From Candidatus Woesebacteria bacterium (lineage in GTDB: Bacteria; Patescibacteriota; Microgenomatia; UBA1400; UBA1396), in contig CAVVNJ010000009.1 of NCBI GenBank assembly GCA_963749595.1, positions 1,380-65,379 of the forward strand: a DNA stretch of 64,000 nucleotides. The letters run 5' to 3'. The notes under the pieces were generated by a model, which saw only the letters and a program-made list of their open reading frames with translations, searched no databases and was not told the DNA's origin. Position 1 is the first letter of the stretch. Each line of letters starts with the position of its first letter. Shown piece by piece: positions 46,539 to 56,518 of the stretch. The translations under genes were made by a program, and so were the position numbers.

Positions 46539-47125
46539 ATGAATCAAAACCGCAAAAATCAGGTTTTTACCGGCGACGCACTCCAAGGCGAGAGCTTCCA
46601 AAGCGTGACCTTTGCCAACTGCCGTTTTCCGAAAGCCAATCTACGTTTCACTTCATTCCAAAATTGCATTTTTACCAGTTGCGATTGGACCGGCGTCTGG
46701 CTCGACATGACTAGTTTCGTTATTGTCGCTTTGTCGAATGCAAGCTCAGCAATCTCGACTTGACCGAAGTCGAGTTAAAGCAATGTCTCCTTCAGCGCTG
46801 TCTGATAAAAAATTCCCTGTTCCAAAAATTCAAACTGGGAGATCAGAATGTCCGGCGAAAATGGGATCTGAAACAGCTCGATTTCTCGGAAAGCGATCTC
46901 ACCGAATCAATATTTCTAAATTGTGATTTGACTGAGGCCAGTTTCGTTCAGGCCAGATTAGAGGGCACTTGTTTCGAGAAATGTAACCTGACCAAGGCCA
47001 ATTTTACGCAGGCTCATCTGGAAAGAACGAGTTTCGCGGATTCTAAGATCGATCGGACGATCATGGACGTTGAAGGCCTGATCCGTTTTGGTTTGTCAAA
47101 AGGTTTTGTGCTGAGTGAGTCGTGA
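46539..47125 (+). CDS. pentapeptide-repeat protein with one frameshift near 46717
   Basis: Pentapeptide periodicity (ANLRFTSFQNCIFTSCDW ... CDLTEASFVQARLEGTCFEKCNLTKANF) continues across the frame change. Confidence 0.65.
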
Positions 47126-47424
47126 TTTCTCATAGGGTGATAGACTTTTTCTATGACCAGGTACCGTCCACCGGAAAAAAATTTGCCCATTGAGTTGAAC
47201 CCAGCCGTCGAAACCGCCAGCTTCACTTACTTCGGTCGAAATTTCAAAACTATTAAGCGGGAATTTTTGGATCAAGATACGAAAGATTCTTCCGGCCAAT
47301 AATTCAGTTCGAAGTCGAAGACAGTGACGGCGTCAAACACGGAGAAATTATCGGTGAATTTAGGCCGGACTCATGATCGGAAAAGCTTTCATTCTGATTC
47401 TTGACGAATACTCGTTTCCGGTCG

Positions 47425-47670
47425 ATGAAGAAAGAAAAGATCCCTGGACACGTGCCCAACATTGTCCGAGAAACCATCGTTCAGCTGCTTGACCAGGGTC
47501 AGGTGGACCAATGGGTTTCAACGGATTATGTTTTACTCGAAGGCGGGATGCGCACTTACGAAGCTTTGCTGAAAGACCAGAGATTGATCGGGACGAAAAT
47601 TAAACTTTCCGAACCGGATTCGGAGGGAGATGACCGTTATCAATACATTCTCACCAAGAGAAAGTCATGA
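47425..47670 (+). CDS. hypothetical protein
   Basis: ORF only; the start is uncertain (TTG at 47401 is also possible). Confidence 0.45.
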   Translation: MKKEKIPGHVPNIVRETIVQLLDQGQVDQWVSTDYVLLEGGMRTYEALLKDQRLIGTKIKLSEPDSEGDDRYQYILTKRKS

Positions 47671-48621
47671 ATGTGGTTAGTTGAAAGTAGACCATCAATG
47701 AATACTCGGTCTATCGAAGCTAATCGTTTTCCGGACGAGTTGCCGACGAGGGAGAAGATAGAAGTTCCAGAGGTGCGGAAAAAATGTTTTCTGCGCAGGT
47801 TGGCCAAGCTTTTAACGACTCTACTGCTAGTTTCGATTTCCGCCAAGGGCGTGGCTGAGTCGACGACAGTCGACGAGCTGCTGAAGTTCCAGGGTCTCAA
47901 GGTCTATGCCGCTTATAACGAGCTGAGACTTAGTGAATTAATGTTAGACCATTTTTTAAATGGCGATGGGGAGCCATTAGATATTTCTGCCGATTTTCTG
48001 CTGGCGCTTCACTCAAAATATGAGGCTCAGTCCAAGGGCAAAAATTTGAATCTACAAAAACCAGAAGAAATCATCAATCGGTATATTCTTGAGGAATTCC
48101 AGCCTCAATATGAGTCCAGTCGACCTCAAATTTTCGCCCAGACTCTTCAGGTGGATTCCGACGGGCAATCAACATACCACTACCGGTCGACAGAGTCGAT
48201 GGAAGAACTAGCGGGACAGAACGTGCGTTTCTTTAAAGTTGCCGGGAAAAGCCGGGATCCTGATATCAACGCCAGTCTAGGACACTTCACGTTGATTTTG
48301 GAGGGAACGGTTGCCGCTGTCGATCCGGTAAAAAAAACCATTACCCTCGATAATAATGCCGTTTTTACCGTTCGCGACGAATATAACTGGGATCGGCACA
48401 ATGATCAGTTATACGTGCCTTTTTCACTCGGGAGGGCGGTTGATATGGTCAATCCAGCTCTCGCTGGAGACTGGATGAACGACATTAAACTTATCAGCGT
48501 TCATGATCGTGATGGCCGCGTCTTGGTAGAGTCGGGGAGGGCCCGGAATTTTGAGGTCTCTGCCAGATACTCTTTGCCGGAGCCGCTGATATTTTCCTAT
48601 AATCATTTCCAACAACCATAA
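47671..48621 (+). CDS. hypothetical protein with an N-terminal hydrophobic segment
   Basis: 316-aa ORF whose start overlaps the upstream stop (TGAATG). Confidence 0.6.
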   Translation: MWLVESRPSMNTRSIEANRFPDELPTREKIEVPEVRKKCFLRRLAKLLTTLLLVSISAKGVAESTTVDELLKFQGLKVYAAYNELRLSELMLDHFLNGDGEPLDISADFLLALHSKYEAQSKGKNLNLQKPEEIINRYILEEFQPQYESSRPQIFAQTLQVDSDGQSTYHYRSTESMEELAGQNVRFFKVAGKSRDPDINASLGHFTLILEGTVAAVDPVKKTITLDNNAVFTVRDEYNWDRHNDQLYVPFSLGRAVDMVNPALAGDWMNDIKLISVHDRDGRVLVESGRARNFEVSARYSLPEPLIFSYNHFQQP

Positions 48622-48697
48622 TCTGTCTCCCTAATTGTTAGAGGAAAATATATTTTCGGCTCTTGAAATAAGTCAATATCACGAGAATAATGGTTTT

Positions 48698-49195
48698 ATG
48701 GCGAAAAAAAACAGCTCGTTCCGGTTGCAAAAAAATGTTATTGCTCTCATCGCGGCAATAGTGGTGGTCATCGGTCTGGGTGCCGCCTATGTGCTATCTC
48801 AATCCAGCCAAAACATTGCCCCCAAGGCTTCTGAGACCGGAAGTCGTAATCCGCGCTGTAATCTTCGCTGTAAAACTGATGCTGACTGTCAGGATACGGC
48901 CATGACTTGCGTTAAGACCTCGCTCTTTGTTGGTTGTCGGCTGAGGAGCAATCCTGGTGATCGGCTCTGCGGTGGAAGCACGCCCTCACCTTCTCCCGAT
49001 CTGGTTTCAGGTCCCTGTGAGCCCTGTGGCAATAATGGTACGGCACCGGAGTTCGATAAGACCTGTGCTTCTGGCTTGACCTGCACTGATAAGCCTGGAG
49101 TAGGAACCAAGCCTGGGGCCTATACCAAGACTTGTGTGCCTAGTGGTAAAACTTACCAGGAAACGTGTGGCTCAGGTTGGAAATTGGGCCGTTGA
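48698..49195 (+). CDS. N-terminally anchored Cys-rich secreted protein (paralog of 49825..50166)
   Basis: A TM helix, then SQSSQNIAPKASE, then CNLRCKTDADC...C...CRL...CGG. Confidence 0.65.
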   Translation: MAKKNSSFRLQKNVIALIAAIVVVIGLGAAYVLSQSSQNIAPKASETGSRNPRCNLRCKTDADCQDTAMTCVKTSLFVGCRLRSNPGDRLCGGSTPSPSPDLVSGPCEPCGNNGTAPEFDKTCASGLTCTDKPGVGTKPGAYTKTCVPSGKTYQETCGSGWKLGR

Positions 49196-49246
49196 TTTCA
49201 TTCTGAATCTTTGTCTGGACTAGGTCGTTTGGAACCGAGCTGGAGT

Positions 49247-49765
49247 ATGGTAGGCTTCGTTCATATGAACTCATCAGAGCGGCATCATCCAAGCGAAATG
49301 ATCTCATCTTTGGAAGTTGCCGGTTTTTTACGCGAGTTGACTGATTTAATAGTCAATGTAGTCCGGTCGGTAGAGTCCGACCGCATGCCTGAGAGGATTG
49401 TGGAAGCTAGCCACATCCTGGATCGTCCAGGAAAGATCGGGGGATTAAGCGAGGGATCACCAGTGGAAGTGTATGCGGTGATGCTTCGCGACGGTCAACG
49501 GATAGAGCTGGTGATTGCGAGCGATGTTTTTTACCATCCCGTTTTGAGAAAGAATTTTCAGCGCGTCCACACAAAATTACGGCGCTCTAGCCCCGAGGGC
49601 ATGAAGGGGGTAATTAAATTTGTCACCCTGACGCCAGAAGCAAAAATGCTGCAAAAATTACCTTTCCGCCACTCTAAATCGGAGACAAAGATTAAGTTAG
49701 GCTTGTCGACTGCTCAGCAAATTCGGGCGGAAATCGATCAGCTCAAGACGGAATTTGGTTCCTGA
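49247..49765 (+). CDS. hypothetical protein
   Basis: ORF only; start uncertain (49211, 49247 or 49265). Confidence 0.5.
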   Translation: MVGFVHMNSSERHHPSEMISSLEVAGFLRELTDLIVNVVRSVESDRMPERIVEASHILDRPGKIGGLSEGSPVEVYAVMLRDGQRIELVIASDVFYHPVLRKNFQRVHTKLRRSSPEGMKGVIKFVTLTPEAKMLQKLPFRHSKSETKIKLGLSTAQQIRAEIDQLKTEFGS

Positions 49766-49824
49766 GCCAGAGTTTAATGAAAAACATGATTGACGTTTTT
49801 GGCTAAGAAGATCAGAATTGCTCT

Positions 49825-50166
49825 ATGCCAAAAAGTAAATTGTCCCAACCTAAAACCAAGTTAACTATTGCCGTTGTGGCTTTTTTGATCCTTCTTTTGG
49901 GCTTGGGCGCTGCTTACGCCTTGAGTCAATCCCGTCAGGATATCGCGCCGAAGGCCTCGGAATTTAAGAGCGCCAATTCGCGCTGTAATCTTCCCTGTAA
50001 TGTTGACGCCGAATGTCCGCAGCCCTCAGCTCAGAGCTTCGATATGGTCTGTCTCAAGACGGGTGATATCAGAAAGAAAGGGGTCTGTCGACTCAAAAGT
50101 AAGCCTAGTGATCGTTATTGCGGTCAGAGAACGGGCTCACCATCGCCGTCACCCGCTTCAACATAA
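49825..50166 (+). CDS. N-terminally anchored Cys-rich secreted protein
   Basis: A TM helix, then SQSRQDIAPKASE, then CNLPCNVDAEC...C...CRL...CGQ. Confidence 0.65.
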   Translation: MPKSKLSQPKTKLTIAVVAFLILLLGLGAAYALSQSRQDIAPKASEFKSANSRCNLPCNVDAECPQPSAQSFDMVCLKTGDIRKKGVCRLKSKPSDRYCGQRTGSPSPSPAST

Positions 50167-50379
50167 GCTTTGCCTTTGGGCAAATTACTTTGCTACTCGC
50201 GCTTTTTGTTTCACACTCCCCCGCGCGCGACAACCCCAGCCAAACTTCATAAAAATTGTGAAAGTTGTCAGCAAGCTCCAATCGGCGATTGAAATTCTCG
50301 AGATAGCCGGAACCGGACCCAATCATCCAGGCCTGAGATGGGGCAATACCCGGTTTTTGGGAGCGAGTCCCTTTTCCTC

Positions 50380-50408
50380 TTGGCAGAACGCCTGGTATTA
50401 GGTATAAT
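50380..50408 (+). promoter_or_regulatory. promoter of the S10 operon
   Basis: TTGGCA, 17-nt spacer, TATAAT. Confidence 0.65.
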
Positions 50409-50453
50409 CACACTCTGTCTTTAAGAGAATATGTACTATGACACTCGAAAACA

Positions 50454-50768
50454 ATGGTTAAATCAGCTAATAAGATCCGCGTCCGCCTGAAGGCCTTCGA
50501 CCATCGAATCCTGGATGAAGCGGTCCGCAAAATCATGCAAAGCGTCTTGGCGACCGGCTCCCAAGTCGTGGGTCCGATTCCGATGCCGACCCTGAAGAAG
50601 CGTTTCACCGTGCTGACTTCCCCTCACACCGATAAAAACGCCCGCGAACACTTCGAGATGCGCACGCATATCCGCGTGCTGGACATCGTCAATCCTAACG
50701 GCAAGACGATCGATTCCCTGATGCATCTGGAACTTCCGGCCGGTGTCGGGATCCAGATTAAGAACTGA
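50454..50768 (+). CDS. rpsJ: 30S ribosomal protein S10
   Basis: Family match. Confidence 0.97.
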   Translation: MVKSANKIRVRLKAFDHRILDEAVRKIMQSVLATGSQVVGPIPMPTLKKRFTVLTSPHTDKNAREHFEMRTHIRVLDIVNPNGKTIDSLMHLELPAGVGIQIKN

Positions 50769-50780
50769 TGAAGGTTTCCT

Positions 50781-51548
50781 ATGGTAGAGAAAGTTTTTGC
50801 TCAGAAGAAAGGTTCCCGCCAGGTCTGGACCAAAGCCGGTAAGCGCTTGGTCGTGACCCAGCTGGTCGTTTCCGGCAATACCGTGGTTCGCCCGGTTGGC
50901 ACGGAGCACGTTCAACTCGCTTTTGGTGACAAGAAGCTGAAGAACACGCCGGCCGCCCAGCGCAAGCCGATGGAGAAAGCCGGTTTTTCAATTGGTAAGC
51001 GCGTTTTCTTTGAAACCACTTCCGCTGAGGAACTTCACCGGGCCGAGTCATCTCGGTCCAAGACGTTTTTACTGCTGGCGATGTCATCAAAATTACCGGT
51101 AAAACCAAAGGTAAAGGCTTTGCTGGCGTGGTGAAGCGCCATGGTTTTGCTGGCGGTCCCCACACTCACGGTCAGTCCGACCGCGAGCGCGCCCCGGGTT
51201 CCATTGGTCAGCGCACCACTCCGGGCCGGGTTTTTCCTGGCATGCGGATGGCCGGTCACATGGGCCAAGGTCAATCAGACTCTCGAAACCATGCGAGTAG
51301 TGGCGGTTGATGCCAAGAACCAAATTGTCTGGGTTAATGGCACCTTGCCTGGTGGCTACAACTCTTTGCTTGACGGTGGCCAAGTCGAAAACCGGCAAGC
51401 CAATCGAGTTGAATGATGTCAGCCAAGCGCTTTTAAATTTGTCGACCGAAGTTGAAGAAAGCCAATCGAGGAACTAGTTCCGCCCACGAAGAAATCGTCG
51501 ACCCCAACTGAAGAAATCGCTCCGGAGGCCGAGCAAGCTCAGGAGTAA
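50781..51548 (+). CDS. rplC: 50S ribosomal protein L3, interrupted by about 4 frameshifts in this assembly
   Basis: The L3 sequence ([34 protein letters not shown]...) is only continuous across frame changes near 51040, 51265, 51380 and 51457. Confidence 0.9.
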
Positions 51549-51551
51549 CCT

Positions 51552-52196
51552 ATGAAATTAAAACTTTATTCCCTCACTGAAAAACCTACCACCGTCACCG
51601 TGCCGGAAACGGTTTTTGGCGCGGCGGTCAATTTGCCCTTGATTGCTCAAGCGGTGCACGTTTACCGTTCCAATCTGCGGCAAGGTGGCGCCAAAGCGAA
51701 GACTCGCGGTGATGTAAGTTTAACTACTAAGAAGATGTACAAGCAAAAGGGAACCGGCAACGCCCGCCATGGCGCTTTCTCGGCGCCCCAATTCGTGGGC
51801 GGCGGTGTGGCTCATGGACCGACCGGAATGGAAAACTGGAAGCGTTCTCTGACCCCGGTTTTGGCGCGCAAGGCTCTGGTTTCTGCTTTATCCGCTTTGG
51901 CGGCTGACAAAAAAGTAGCCGTGGTAGCTGATCTGGAAAAACTGGATGGCAAAACCAAAACCGCGGCTAAATTTATCACTGAGATTAGCGAAAAAACCGG
52001 CGAGAAGGTTTTGATCGTCGTTGATCAATCCCACACCAATGTTATTCGCTCGCTCCGCAACTTGGCCAATGTTAAAATTACGAGCGCTACCCGACTGAAT
52101 ACCTTGGCCGCGGTTAGCGTCCAACAGGTAGTCATCATGCAGCCTGCCTTGGAATTGTTGGCCCAACGCTTAGCTCCGGTTAAGGAGACCAAATGA
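51552..52196 (+). CDS. rplD: 50S ribosomal protein L4
   Basis: Family match and operon order. Confidence 0.95.
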   Translation: MKLKLYSLTEKPTTVTVPETVFGAAVNLPLIAQAVHVYRSNLRQGGAKAKTRGDVSLTTKKMYKQKGTGNARHGAFSAPQFVGGGVAHGPTGMENWKRSLTPVLARKALVSALSALAADKKVAVVADLEKLDGKTKTAAKFITEISEKTGEKVLIVVDQSHTNVIRSLRNLANVKITSATRLNTLAAVSVQQVVIMQPALELLAQRLAPVKETK

Positions 52197-52480
52197 ACCC
52201 ATTTGTTTTAATTCGACCAGTTATTACCGAAAAATCCCTGCAGATGGCCAAGGAGAGCAACGCTTATACTTTTTTGGTTGATCCCAAGGCTGATAAAACT
52301 GCCATTCGCGCTGCCCTGAAAGCCGCTTATAAAATCGATATCCTTGATTTGAAAACCATCACTCTACCAGGTGGAACCAAGCGAACCGGCAAGAAACGAG
52401 TCCGGGTTAATGTTGCGCCTCGTAAAAAGGCGGTAGCGATCTTACCCAAAGGACAAAAAATTGAGGCCTTTGATCTGTAA
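52193..52480 (+). CDS. rplW: 50S ribosomal protein L23
   Basis: Family match and operon order. Confidence 0.95.
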   Translation: MNPFVLIRPVITEKSLQMAKESNAYTFLVDPKADKTAIRAALKAAYKIDILDLKTITLPGGTKRTGKKRVRVNVAPRKKAVAILPKGQKIEAFDL

Positions 52481-52493
52481 AGAATGAGGAAGC

Positions 52494-53327
52494 ATGTTAA
52501 TTAAAGCTAAACCAATCAGTCCCGGAAGCCGCAACCGCATTAACAGTGCCGTGGTTCTGGCTAAAGTATCTTCGGAAAAAAGCCTGGTTGGCAAGGGTAC
52601 GCGCCGTCGCAACGGCCGCAATAACCAAGGCAAAATTACCGTTCGCCACCGTGGCGGCGGCGCGGCTCGCAAATACCGCTTAATTGATTGGAAGCGCAAC
52701 AAGACCGGTATCCCGGCCACGGTTATCCAAGTCGAGTACGATCCGAACCGCAACGCCCATATTGCTTTGCTTCATTATGTCGATGGCGACAAGCGCTACA
52801 TTCTCGCCCCGAAAGGCTTGATTGCTGGTGCCAAGTTGATGTCTGGTCCGGAAGCTCCGCTGGAAGTTGGAAACGCTTTGCCGTTAGCTAAGCTCCCGGT
52901 TGGTGTTCCGGTTCACGCGATTGAACTGCGCCCCGGTAAAGGCGCTCAGGTTGTTCGCGGCGCCGGCACGGCAGCTTTAATCCAGGCAAAAGACGAAAAA
53001 TATGCTACAATTCTGCTTCCTTCCAAGGAAGTGCGTTTAGTGCCAATCATGGCGCTGGCCACTCTGGGTGAGGTCGGTAACGCCGATCACAAGAACATCA
53101 AGCTTGGTAAAGCTGGTCGTAAGCGCCATTTGGGTATTCGCCCGACTGTGCGTGGTGCAGCGATGCACCCGGCTGCTCATCCGCATGGTGGTGGTGAAGG
53201 AAAGAACGGTGTTGGTTTGAAACATCCTAAGACTCCTTGGGGTAAGCCGGCACTGGGCAAGAAGACACGCAAGAAGAAGAAATACTCGAGTCGTTGGATT
53301 GTCCGCGACCGCCGGAGCAAAGCCTAA
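52494..53327 (+). CDS. rplB: 50S ribosomal protein L2
   Basis: [18 protein letters not shown] motif. Confidence 0.97.
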   Translation: MLIKAKPISPGSRNRINSAVVLAKVSSEKSLVGKGTRRRNGRNNQGKITVRHRGGGAARKYRLIDWKRNKTGIPATVIQVEYDPNRNAHIALLHYVDGDKRYILAPKGLIAGAKLMSGPEAPLEVGNALPLAKLPVGVPVHAIELRPGKGAQVVRGAGTAALIQAKDEKYATILLPSKEVRLVPIMALATLGEVGNADHKNIKLGKAGRKRHLGIRPTVRGAAMHPAAHPHGGGEGKNGVGLKHPKTPWGKPALGKKTRKKKKYSSRWIVRDRRSKA

Positions 53328-53328
53328 T

Positions 53329-53613
53329 ATGTCACGTTCAAACAAAAAAGGACCCTACGTCGACGCCAAGCTCGTCAAAAAGATTTTGGCGATGAATGCG
53401 TCCGGTTCCAAGCAGCCGATCAAGACCTGGGCCCGGGCCTCACAGATCGCTCCGGAATTTGTCGGACACACTTTTTTGGTTCACAACGGCCACAAGTTTA
53501 TTGAGGTCTTTATCTCTGAGGACATGGTTGGTCACCGCTTGGGTGAATTTTCACCCACCCGGACTTTCCGTGGCCATGGAAAGGTCGTCAAGCGCGTCTT
53601 AAGCAAGACATAA
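53329..53613 (+). CDS. rpsS: 30S ribosomal protein S19
   Basis: [12 protein letters not shown] start; family match. Confidence 0.95.
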   Translation: MSRSNKKGPYVDAKLVKKILAMNASGSKQPIKTWARASQIAPEFVGHTFLVHNGHKFIEVFISEDMVGHRLGEFSPTRTFRGHGKVVKRVLSKT

Positions 53614-53617
53614 AGAG

Positions 53618-53661
53618 CGTAAGGGGATTAATCTTGAAAAGAATAATCCCCGCTACAAAAT
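53618..53661 (+). repeat. 44-nt hairpin-box element, copy 4
   Basis: cgtaaGGGGATTaaTCTTgaaAAGAatAATCCCCgctacaaaat, between rpsS and rplV. Confidence 0.85.
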
Positions 53662-53683
53662 TGAGACAAAAAAAGAAAAACAT

Positions 53684-54211
53684 ATGATCGTTAAAGCCAC
53701 TCAAAAATACGTCCGGATCACCCCACGCAAGCTGCGGTTGGTAGCTGATGCCGTGCGCGGCAAAGAATTGCTTTCCATCAACGAGGCCTTGTCGACGTTG
53801 AATAAGCGCGGCGCCAAAGTGATCAACGAGACGATTCGCCAAGCCGTGGCTAACGCGGTCAATAACTTAGGCTACTCTGAGCAACAGCTGTCACTCAAAG
53901 CCTTGGTGATTGATGAGGGTCCAACCTACAAGCGATTCCTCGCCGGTGGCCGTGGACGCGCCAAACCATACCAGAAGCGAAGCTCACACGTGACAGTAGT
54001 TCTAAATATTGCCGTTCCTGAGAAGACCGTTTTGGCCAAAACCGAAACCAAGACTGAGGCCAAATCAGAGGTCAAAATTGCGGCGGCTCCTGAAGTAGTT
54101 AAATCCGAAGAGAAAAAGACTGCGACCAAAAAACCCGCCACCAAAAAGGTAGCGGCTAAAAAAGCTCCGGCGAAAAAAGCCGCCGCCAAGAAAGAAACAC
54201 AGGAAAAGTAA
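53684..54211 (+). CDS. rplV: 50S ribosomal protein L22 with a Lys/Ala-rich C-terminal extension
   Basis: L22 core plus the tail KKPATKKVAAKKAPAKKAAAKK. Confidence 0.95.
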   Translation: MIVKATQKYVRITPRKLRLVADAVRGKELLSINEALSTLNKRGAKVINETIRQAVANAVNNLGYSEQQLSLKALVIDEGPTYKRFLAGGRGRAKPYQKRSSHVTVVLNIAVPEKTVLAKTETKTEAKSEVKIAAAPEVVKSEEKKTATKKPATKKVAAKKAPAKKAAAKKETQEK

Positions 54212-54214
54212 CCT

Positions 54215-54871
54215 ATGGGTCAAAAAGTTCATCCCACCGGTTTTCGTATTGGCAACACTTTCACTTGGAAGTCGACTTGGTTTGCCGGTCCGGCTGATTA
54301 CGCCAAGCGTGTTCTGGAAGATAAAAAGATCCGGGTATTTTTTGAGAGCAAGCTGGCCAGCGCCGGTTTGGACCGGATTGAAATTGAGCGTTCGATTAAC
54401 GTCATTAAAATTAAACTGCATGTTTCCCGCCCTGGTGTTGTGATCGGTCGCGGTGGTTCCAACCTGGAACTGCTCAAGACTGAATTGGCCCGATTGTTGA
54501 AGATCAACCCCCGCGATCCAAAAGGCATGAAAGTTTCTATCGATGAAATCATTGAAGTGAAACAGCCTGATTTATCCGCTAAGTTTGTGGTTGAGCGTAT
54601 TACCGATCAGATGATTAAACGCTATCCGCACCGCCGCGCGGTGTCGCAAGCGTTGGAACGAGTGATGGCCGCTGGGGCCAAGGGCGTGAAGATTCAATTG
54701 TCTGGCCGCGTTGGCGGTGCGGAAATTGGCCGTCGGGAAAAATATTTCCTAGGCACGGTACCGACTCAAACCTTACGTTCCAATATTGATTACTATGAAG
54801 CTCCCGCCCACACCAAATCCGGCACAGTCGGTATTAAGGTGTGGATTAATAAAGGTGAGGTGACCGCGTAA
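54215..54871 (+). CDS. rpsC: 30S ribosomal protein S3
   Basis: MGQKVHPTGFR start. Confidence 0.97.
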   Translation: MGQKVHPTGFRIGNTFTWKSTWFAGPADYAKRVLEDKKIRVFFESKLASAGLDRIEIERSINVIKIKLHVSRPGVVIGRGGSNLELLKTELARLLKINPRDPKGMKVSIDEIIEVKQPDLSAKFVVERITDQMIKRYPHRRAVSQALERVMAAGAKGVKIQLSGRVGGAEIGRREKYFLGTVPTQTLRSNIDYYEAPAHTKSGTVGIKVWINKGEVTA

Positions 54872-54880
54872 AGAGGCTCT

Positions 54881-55300
54881 ATGTTGCAACCTAGTCGTAC
54901 CAAATACCGCAAACAATTTCGAGGCAAGAACCGGGGTGTCGCTACGCGCGGCGCAACGATTGCTTTTGGCGAATTTGGTTTACAGGCCACCGAGCATGGT
55001 TTTTTCTCCGCTCGTCAAATAGAAGCGGCCCGTAAAGTGATTGCTCATACCACCAAGCGTCTGGGTAAAACCTGGATCCGGATTTTCCCTGATCATCCAC
55101 TGACCAAAAAACCATTGGGCGTGAAAATGGGTTCCGGTAAGGGTGATATTGAACAGTACGTTGCTAAGATCAAGCCCAATCGAGTATTGTTTGAAATTGG
55201 CGGCATATCGGAAGAAATCGCCCGTGAAGCCCTGCGCAAGGCCGGACACAAAATCCCAATGAAGACCAAGTTTATTAAGAAGGAAGTTGAGACGGTATGA
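54881..55300 (+). CDS. rplP: 50S ribosomal protein L16
   Basis: [11 protein letters not shown] start. Confidence 0.97.
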   Translation: MLQPSRTKYRKQFRGKNRGVATRGATIAFGEFGLQATEHGFFSARQIEAARKVIAHTTKRLGKTWIRIFPDHPLTKKPLGVKMGSGKGDIEQYVAKIKPNRVLFEIGGISEEIAREALRKAGHKIPMKTKFIKKEVETV

Positions 55301-55509
55301 AACGTGATGAGCGACAAAAACTCCTCGCGCTAACCGCCGAGGAAATCAAGAAAAAAATCGGCGAACTAGAGCTCGGGGTTATGCTTGCGCGCCAAGAACG
55401 TCGGTTGCAAGATAAAAAAGTAGTGGACATCAAGCGTCCGGCAAAGCTTTTGGCCCAGATTAAAATGCTGAAGGCCGAGCGTCGCCGTCGTGATTTGGAG
55501 AAAGTATGA
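55297..55509 (+). CDS. rpmC: 50S ribosomal protein L29
   Basis: Operon position and family pattern. Confidence 0.9.
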   Translation: MKRDERQKLLALTAEEIKKKIGELELGVMLARQERRLQDKKVVDIKRPAKLLAQIKMLKAERRRRDLEKV

Positions 55510-55739
55510 AGAGCCTGACCGGAGTGGTATTGCGCGTGAACGATCCAAAGACCGTTAAGGTTGAGGTCTCTTTCAACTGGCAACACCCCATTTACAAAAA
55601 ATATGTTAAGCGCACTAAAGGCTATCTTTGTGGTTTGGTTGAAGGCCTGACCGTAGTGGTCGGTGATCAGGTTGTCCTGAAAGAATCTCGCCCCTTATCA
55701 AAGCGCAAGCGGTTTATTGTTACGGAGAAGGTTGCTTAG
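55506..55739 (+). CDS. rpsQ: 30S ribosomal protein S17
   Basis: Operon position and family pattern. Confidence 0.93.
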   Translation: MKSLTGVVLRVNDPKTVKVEVSFNWQHPIYKKYVKRTKGYLCGLVEGLTVVVGDQVVLKESRPLSKRKRFIVTEKVA

Positions 55740-55763
55740 GGAGATTAAATCTCGCTGCAAAAT
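55737..55763 (+). repeat. short variant of the hairpin-box element, copy 5
   Basis: tagg-GAGAT-taa-ATCTC-gctgcaaaat, 9 nt before the rplN ATG. Confidence 0.6.
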
Positions 55764-55772
55764 AGGAAGACT

Positions 55773-56147
55773 ATGATTCAGATTCGTTCCATTCTTAATG
55801 TCGCCGACAACTCCGGAGCCAAACAGTTGCGTGTTTTGCACGTGCATGGTGGTTCCCGCAAGCCCAAGGGTTCTTTGGCGGACATAGTTTCGGCCTCCGC
55901 CATTGCCGTGGCTCCCAATGGCGCCCTGAAAAAAGGTGAGCTGGTAAAAGCAGTGATTGTTCGAACCAGAAAAGAAGTTCGACGGGATGACGGCAGCTAT
56001 ATTCGTTTTGACGATAACGCCGCGGTCTTGATCGATTCGATCGAAGGCAAATTGCCTCGCGGCACCCGTGTTTTTGGTCCAATTGCTCGTGAGGTAAAAG
56101 AGCGAGGATATGCTAAAATAGCGTCCTTGGCTCCAGAGGTGCTGTAG
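55773..56147 (+). CDS. rplN: 50S ribosomal protein L14
   Basis: [17 protein letters not shown] start. Confidence 0.97.
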   Translation: MIQIRSILNVADNSGAKQLRVLHVHGGSRKPKGSLADIVSASAIAVAPNGALKKGELVKAVIVRTRKEVRRDDGSYIRFDDNAAVLIDSIEGKLPRGTRVFGPIAREVKERGYAKIASLAPEVL

Positions 56148-56151
56148 ATAT

Positions 56152-56195
56152 CGCAAGAGGATTTTCCCTAAAAGGGAGAATCCTCGCTACAAAAT
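56152..56195 (+). repeat. 44-nt hairpin-box element, copy 6 (compensatory variant)
   Basis: cgcaaGAGGATTtTCCCTaaaAGGGAgAATCCTCgctacaaaat, between rplN and rplX. Confidence 0.85.
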
Positions 56196-56215
56196 GGAAA
56201 AAAGAAAACAAAAAT

Positions 56216-56518
56216 ATGAAGTTCAAAGTTGGTGATAACGTCATTGTGACCGCCGGTAAAGACAAAGGTAAGACCGCCAAAATTGTGCGCGTTTTACCTA
56301 AAGTCGATCAGGTGGTGGTTCAGGGTGTCAACGTTTATACCCGTTCCATCAAGCCGATTGCTGGTCGCACTGGCGAGCGCGTCCGCAAGGAGCGTCCATT
56401 GTCGGTTGCCAAAATCGCGGTGTTCAACCCAGAGACCAAAAAAGCCGATCGAATCGGTGTGGTCGTCAAGGACGGGAAAAAGCTCCGCGTGTTCAAGAAG
56501 ACAGGGAAGATTCTATGA
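56216..56518 (+). CDS. rplX: 50S ribosomal protein L24
   Basis: KOW motif region VGDNVIVTAGKDKGK. Confidence 0.95.
   Translation: MKFKVGDNVIVTAGKDKGKTAKIVRVLPKVDQVVVQGVNVYTRSIKPIAGRTGERVRKERPLSVAKIAVFNPETKKADRIGVVVKDGKKLRVFKKTGKIL

Noticed and set aside
48698-50166. Similarity between 48698..49195 and 49825..50166 as a DGR template/variable-repeat pair.
   Set aside because: The similarity is ordinary protein-level paralogy, roughly two thirds nucleotide identity by eye. Differences are not restricted to adenines, and there is no reverse transcriptase nearby.
50105-50326. Minus-strand 73-aa ORF between the Cys-rich gene and rpsJ.
   Set aside because: It overlaps the 3' end of 49825..50166 by 60 nt, has no start signals and no recognisable motif. 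It is left unannotated, though a small real gene cannot be excluded.
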